A stretch of 64,000 nucleotides of DNA from Hypanus sabinus (lineage: Eukaryota): assembly GCF_030144855.1 (NCBI RefSeq), contig NC_082720.1:72788001-72852000 (forward strand), in the 5' to 3' direction. Within the stretch, counting starts at the first letter, position 1. The number at the start of each line of letters is the position of its first letter. A program made the position numbers and the translations under genes. Below are positions 59,878-64,000 of this stretch, piece by piece. The notes under the pieces are model-generated. The model was given only the letters and a program-made list of their open reading frames with translations, was not told the DNA's origin and did not search any database.

Positions 59878-60160
59878 TATTTATATCGTGAATTTTGACA
59901 ACTGCAAGATGTCCCAGAATACCTTAAGTACTTTAGAAGCTTTCTGAATGTATCTGCAGAGAAAAGTGGCCAATTCGTTCACAGTAACATTCCACAAAGA
60001 GCAATGACATCAGTGAGAAGCCAGTCTGTTTTAATGAGTGGCCAATGGCAGACTTGTATGTTGTCCTTCAGATAGTCCTGACACATCAGACATTACCTTA
60101 GTTTAATGTGTAATCTCTATAGCCAATGGAATTCCACATATAATTGCAGCAAAGGAATCG
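59878..60160 (-). mobile_element. Ancient Deu-domain SINE (SacSINE1/AmnSINE1-like)
   Basis: gatgtcccag..aagtacttt..gccaatt..cacag..tccacaaagagcaatg resembles the reversed Deu-SINE as recalled. Confidence 0.5.
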
Positions 60161-60955
60161 CAATTAGATATTGCTTCTAAGAATTTGATATGGTACCATG
60201 CAAATCTTGTTTAAGAGCTGTACATATTTTTAAGCTTACAATGCTATATTTCTACATTTGGTCGCATCATGAGAAAATAAGCTGTGAAAGATCCATCCAT
60301 GCTGTTCCCAATCTTTTGGGAAGCATTTCACAAAGCTCTACAGAAGAAGTTGAGGCTTGGAATAAATTAGCAATGATCAGATGGAATTGTGGTGCAGAAT
60401 TGAGGGGCCAGACAGCCTATTCCTGGTCCTATTTCCTTGTGTTTTTGCAGCAAGATGCAAATAGATTGGAAGTTTATTGGTAGTCAGTTGAGATGTCTGA
60501 GATAGATTGATAGGACAAAAGCAACAGTGCTTTTGAATTAAGTGTGTTCACTTTGTATCATTGTCCCACTGAAGAAGAGGAACTATTGTTAGGCATATCT
60601 ATTACATCATTCACAGGTGCACAATATTTTATGCATTACATCATTTAGCCACGATCTCTGCTTGAAGCTGGTGACAGCAATACTTTGTGAATCACAGATC
60701 TGTAGTCTAAGTATTAAATAGATTAAAAAGAGCTTTGAAGTATACCAAGGTGTTAATCACAAATGTGTCTGAAGCATAGATGCTGGTTGCAACATTTTCC
60801 TTGGTATAGATCACTGGATTTGATCTACTTTACCACTCTTCCGAACAGTGCATTTTGTTAATAATAATGGTGCTGACTGTTTTTCTTCACATTGTCTCTG
60901 TTTCTTTGACCATTTACCTGGACCCCACCATCCAGGCCGTGCTCTCCTCTCACCA

Positions 60956-61520
60956 CAGGTTGAGTACCCCTTATCCAAAATGCTTGAGGCCAGAAGTGTT
61001 TGGATTTCGAAGTTTGGAATATATTTTGAGATAGCTTGGGATTTCTGACTCTGAATTTATGTGCTACCGGTAAGCAGTCTTTGTCTTCTACTTGTTCATC
61101 ACACGTTTTACTGTCCATATGTATGACATACCATTAATATAATGAACATAAAATGAGTGCAGGGTAATAAAATCAGTGCAGCCCATTGGGAGAATACCTG
61201 AATCAGCTGTTGAACAATAACAGACAACGACAGGCTTTGTGTCTTTCCCTATGATTCATGTTTTGATTAAAAGGTCACAGTACCCTCTACTTGTATTTTA
61301 CTGTTTTTTTTAGGTTTCATTTAACGTATAAAAACAATCAGCCTTCTAAACTTGTTCTGGTGTTAGATTTTCATCAGCGACGATTTTCGCAAATTTATCA
61401 ATGAATTTCTCTGCTGCTTTGTTGATTAGCAGACAGAAGCTTTATCTTTAATTATTTTTAAATCTTTGAAAATTTAATGCCGTGCCTTTTCTTAAATTTG
61501 TGCAACCAGCCTGGTGAGTA
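60956..61520 (-). mobile_element. pogo/Tigger (Tigger4/Zombi-like) DNA transposon fragment
   Basis: Terminus CAGGTTGAGTACCCCTTATCCAAAATGCTTG. Minus strand 61347-61520 encodes YSPGWLHKFKKRHGIKFSKI..KAAEKFIDKFAKIVADENLTPEQV. Confidence 0.85.
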
Positions 61521-62430
61521 CTCGCACAAAATGCTGGAGGAACTCAGTAGGCCAGGCAGCAACTATGGAAAAGAGTAAACAGTTGATGGTTTGGGCCGAG
61601 ATGTTCATCAGGATTGGAAAGGACAGGGAGAAGTCAGGATATGAAGGTGGAGGGAAAGGAGAAGTGCAAGGTAGCAAGTGATAGATGAAACTGGGAGAGG
61701 GGGAGGGGCGAAGAAAAGAGCTGGGAAGTCGATTGTTGAAAGAGATAAAGGGCTGGCAAACAGGGGACCTGATAGGAGAGGACAGAAGATCATGGGAGAA
61801 AGGGAAGGGGAAGAGCAGCAGAGGGAGGTGATGGGCAGGTAAGGAGATAAGGTGAGAAAGGAATGTAGGAATGGGGAATGGTGAAGGAGAGGAGGGGGAA
61901 TTCAATTACTGAAAGTTCAAGAAATTGATATTCATGCCATCAGGCTGGAGGCTACCCAGGTGGAATATAGGGTATTGCTTCTCTAACCTGAGTGTGGCCT
62001 CATGTAGCAGTAGGGGAGACTATGGACTGGCACATCAGAATGGGAATGGGGCCACACTCAGGTTGGAGGAGTAACACCTTATATTCCATCTGGGTAGCCT
62101 TCAATCTGATGGCATGAACATTGATTTCTCGAACTCCTGGTAATCACCCCCACCTGTCCTACACAATTCCCCATTCCTGTTTCCCTCTCTCACCTTTTCT
62201 CCTTACCTGCCCATCACCTCCCTCTGGTAATCACCCCCACCTGTCCTACACAATTCCCCATTCCTGTTTCCCTCTTTCACCTTATCTCCTTACCTGCCCA
62301 TCACCTCCCTCTGGTAATCACCCCCACCTGTCCTACGCCATTTTCCATTCCTGTTTCCCTCTCTCACCTTATCTCTTTAACTTCCCATCACCTCCCTCTG
62401 GTACTCCTCCCCCTTCCCTTTCTTTAACCT
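61521..62430. mobile_element. PLE family 1 3' ends in inverted arrangement: 61521-62048 minus (hammerhead remnant ~61579-61617) and 62049-62430 plus
   Basis: ~61912-62000 is the reverse complement of ~62050-62135 (ATLRLEE*HLIFHLGSLQSDGMNIDF). Confidence 0.85.
62137..62403 (+). repeat. Three 87-bp tandem repeats in the PLE 3' UTR
   Basis: Units start at 62137, 62224 and 62311 (ctggtaatcacccccacctgtcctac...). Confidence 0.95.
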
Positions 62431-62771
62431 ACTGACTCTCCAACTCATGCTTTTAGTATTATTATGTTTTTAAATTTGCAAATTTTGACCTATTTTTCAC
62501 GTTCGATGTTTGTCAGTCTTTATTTATGTATATTGTTCAGATATTCTGTTGTATTTCTTTATGTTACTGTAGATGCCTGGAAGAAAATGCAAGGTAGCAT
62601 ATGGTAACATACATATATATATACTTCGATAATAAATTGGGACTTTGACTTTGATCTGTCTCTAGTTCCTGACAGCATTATTTACTTTCCCAAAACCTTT
62701 CATGAACACACCATAACCTCTCTATGTTAAGACCTCTTGGGTCACTTTGCAAAGCTGAAGTCCCTGATCAA

Positions 62772-63872
62772 TTATACCAGGTGTGGGTAAGGAGGCATGG
62801 GATCCAAGGAGACCTTGCTTTATGGATCCAGAATTGGCTTGCTCTCAGAAGGCAAAGGGTGATTGTAGATGGTTCATATTCTGCATTAAGGTTGGTGACC
62901 AGTGGTGATCCACAGGGATCTGTTCTGGGACCCCTCCTCTTTGCAATTTTTGTAAATGACCTGGATGAGGAAGTAGAAGGGTGGGTTAGTAAGTTTGCTG
63001 ATGACACAAAGGTTGCAGGTGTTGTGGATAGTCTGGGGGGTTGTCAGAGGTTACAGCGGGACATTGATAGGATGTAGAACAGGGCTGAGAAGAGGCAGAT
63101 GGAGTTCAACACAGCTAAGTGTGAAATGGTTCATTTTGGTAGGTTAAATAAAGTATTAATGGTAAGACTCTTGGCAGTGTGGGGGTTCAGAGAGATTTTG
63201 GGGTCTGTGTCCACAGGATTCGCAAAGCTGCTGTGCAGGTTGAGAGTGTTGTTAAGAAGGCATATCGTGCATTGGCTTTCATCAATTGTGGGATTCAGTT
63301 CAAGAGCCAAGAATGATACAGCTATATAGGACCCTAGTCAGACCCCATTTGGAGTACTGTGCTCAGTTCTGATCATCTCACTACAGGAAGGATGTGGATA
63401 CTATAGAAAGAGTTTAGAGGAGATTTACAAGGATGTTGCCTGGATTGAAGAGTGTGCTTTATGAAAATAGGTTGAACAAACTTGGCCTTTTCTCCTTGGA
63501 GCGATGGAGGATGAGAGGTGATCTAATAGAGGTGTATAAAATGATGAGAGGTGTTGATTGTGTGAGGGCTGAAATGGCTAACACAAAGGCGGCATAGTTT
63601 TAATGTGCTTAGAAGTAGGTACAGAGGGGATGTCAGGGGTAAGCTTTTCACAAAGAGTGTGGTGGATGCATGGAACGAACTGCTGGCGATGGTGGTGGAT
63701 AGAATAGGGTCTTTTAAGAGACTCTTACATATGTTTATGGAGCTTGGTAAAATAGAGGTCTATGTGGTAGCGTAATTCTAGGCATTTTCTAGAGTACGGT
63801 TATATGCTCGGCACAGCATTGTAAGCCAAAGGGCCTGTAATGTGATGTAGGTTTCTGTGTTCTATGTTCTGT
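62772..63872 (+). mobile_element. CR1 RT 3' half and tail
   Basis: WIQNWL..RQRV, PQGSVLGPLLF, KFADDTK, RPHLEYC. Tail ttctatgttct. Confidence 0.92.
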
Positions 63873-64000
63873 TCCAATAATTCTCCCCTGCACTCCCCCT
63901 CAGAATGTGATATCCTTTCTTAGAAATGCTCAGTGTAGCTGAGCTGTGGACCAGCTAAGTTTTCATAAATTCCGTCCTTGTTTTATAACTCTATGCCAGT

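Noticed and set aside
62121-62435. ORF with three 29-aa repeats
   Set aside because: By-product of an 87-bp tandem duplication in a pyrimidine-rich PLE UTR.

Overview
Repeat-rich vertebrate non-coding DNA. The repeat families (CR1 LINEs with esterase ORF1, HE1/V-type SINEs, Deu-type SINE, Penelope-derived hairpins) point to a cartilaginous fish (shark or ray); this is an inference. No host protein-coding exon is recognisable. Essentially every ORF in the track is a decayed transposon fragment or chance. Main content: (1) A ~12-kb nested cluster (4636-16814): a minus-strand Ty3/Gypsy chromovirus with both LTRs, interrupted by four CR1s. One CR1 carries a precisely bounded 1.18-kb Helitron with STPR-like 23-aa repeats. 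(2) More than 12 Penelope-like-element (PLE) derived pieces whose consensus is a minimal type-I hammerhead ribozyme. Several are hairpin-shaped mini-elements with 11-22 bp target-site duplications (TSDs). (3) A second PLE family with its own hammerhead downstream of CCAAT/TATA boxes. (4) CR1 and Rex1/Babar LINEs, a Tc1 derivative with three TIRs, a Tigger4/Zombi-like pogo fragment, a hAT MITE and tRNA-derived SINEs. Repeat boundaries were read by eye and are approximate unless a TSD or terminus is quoted.
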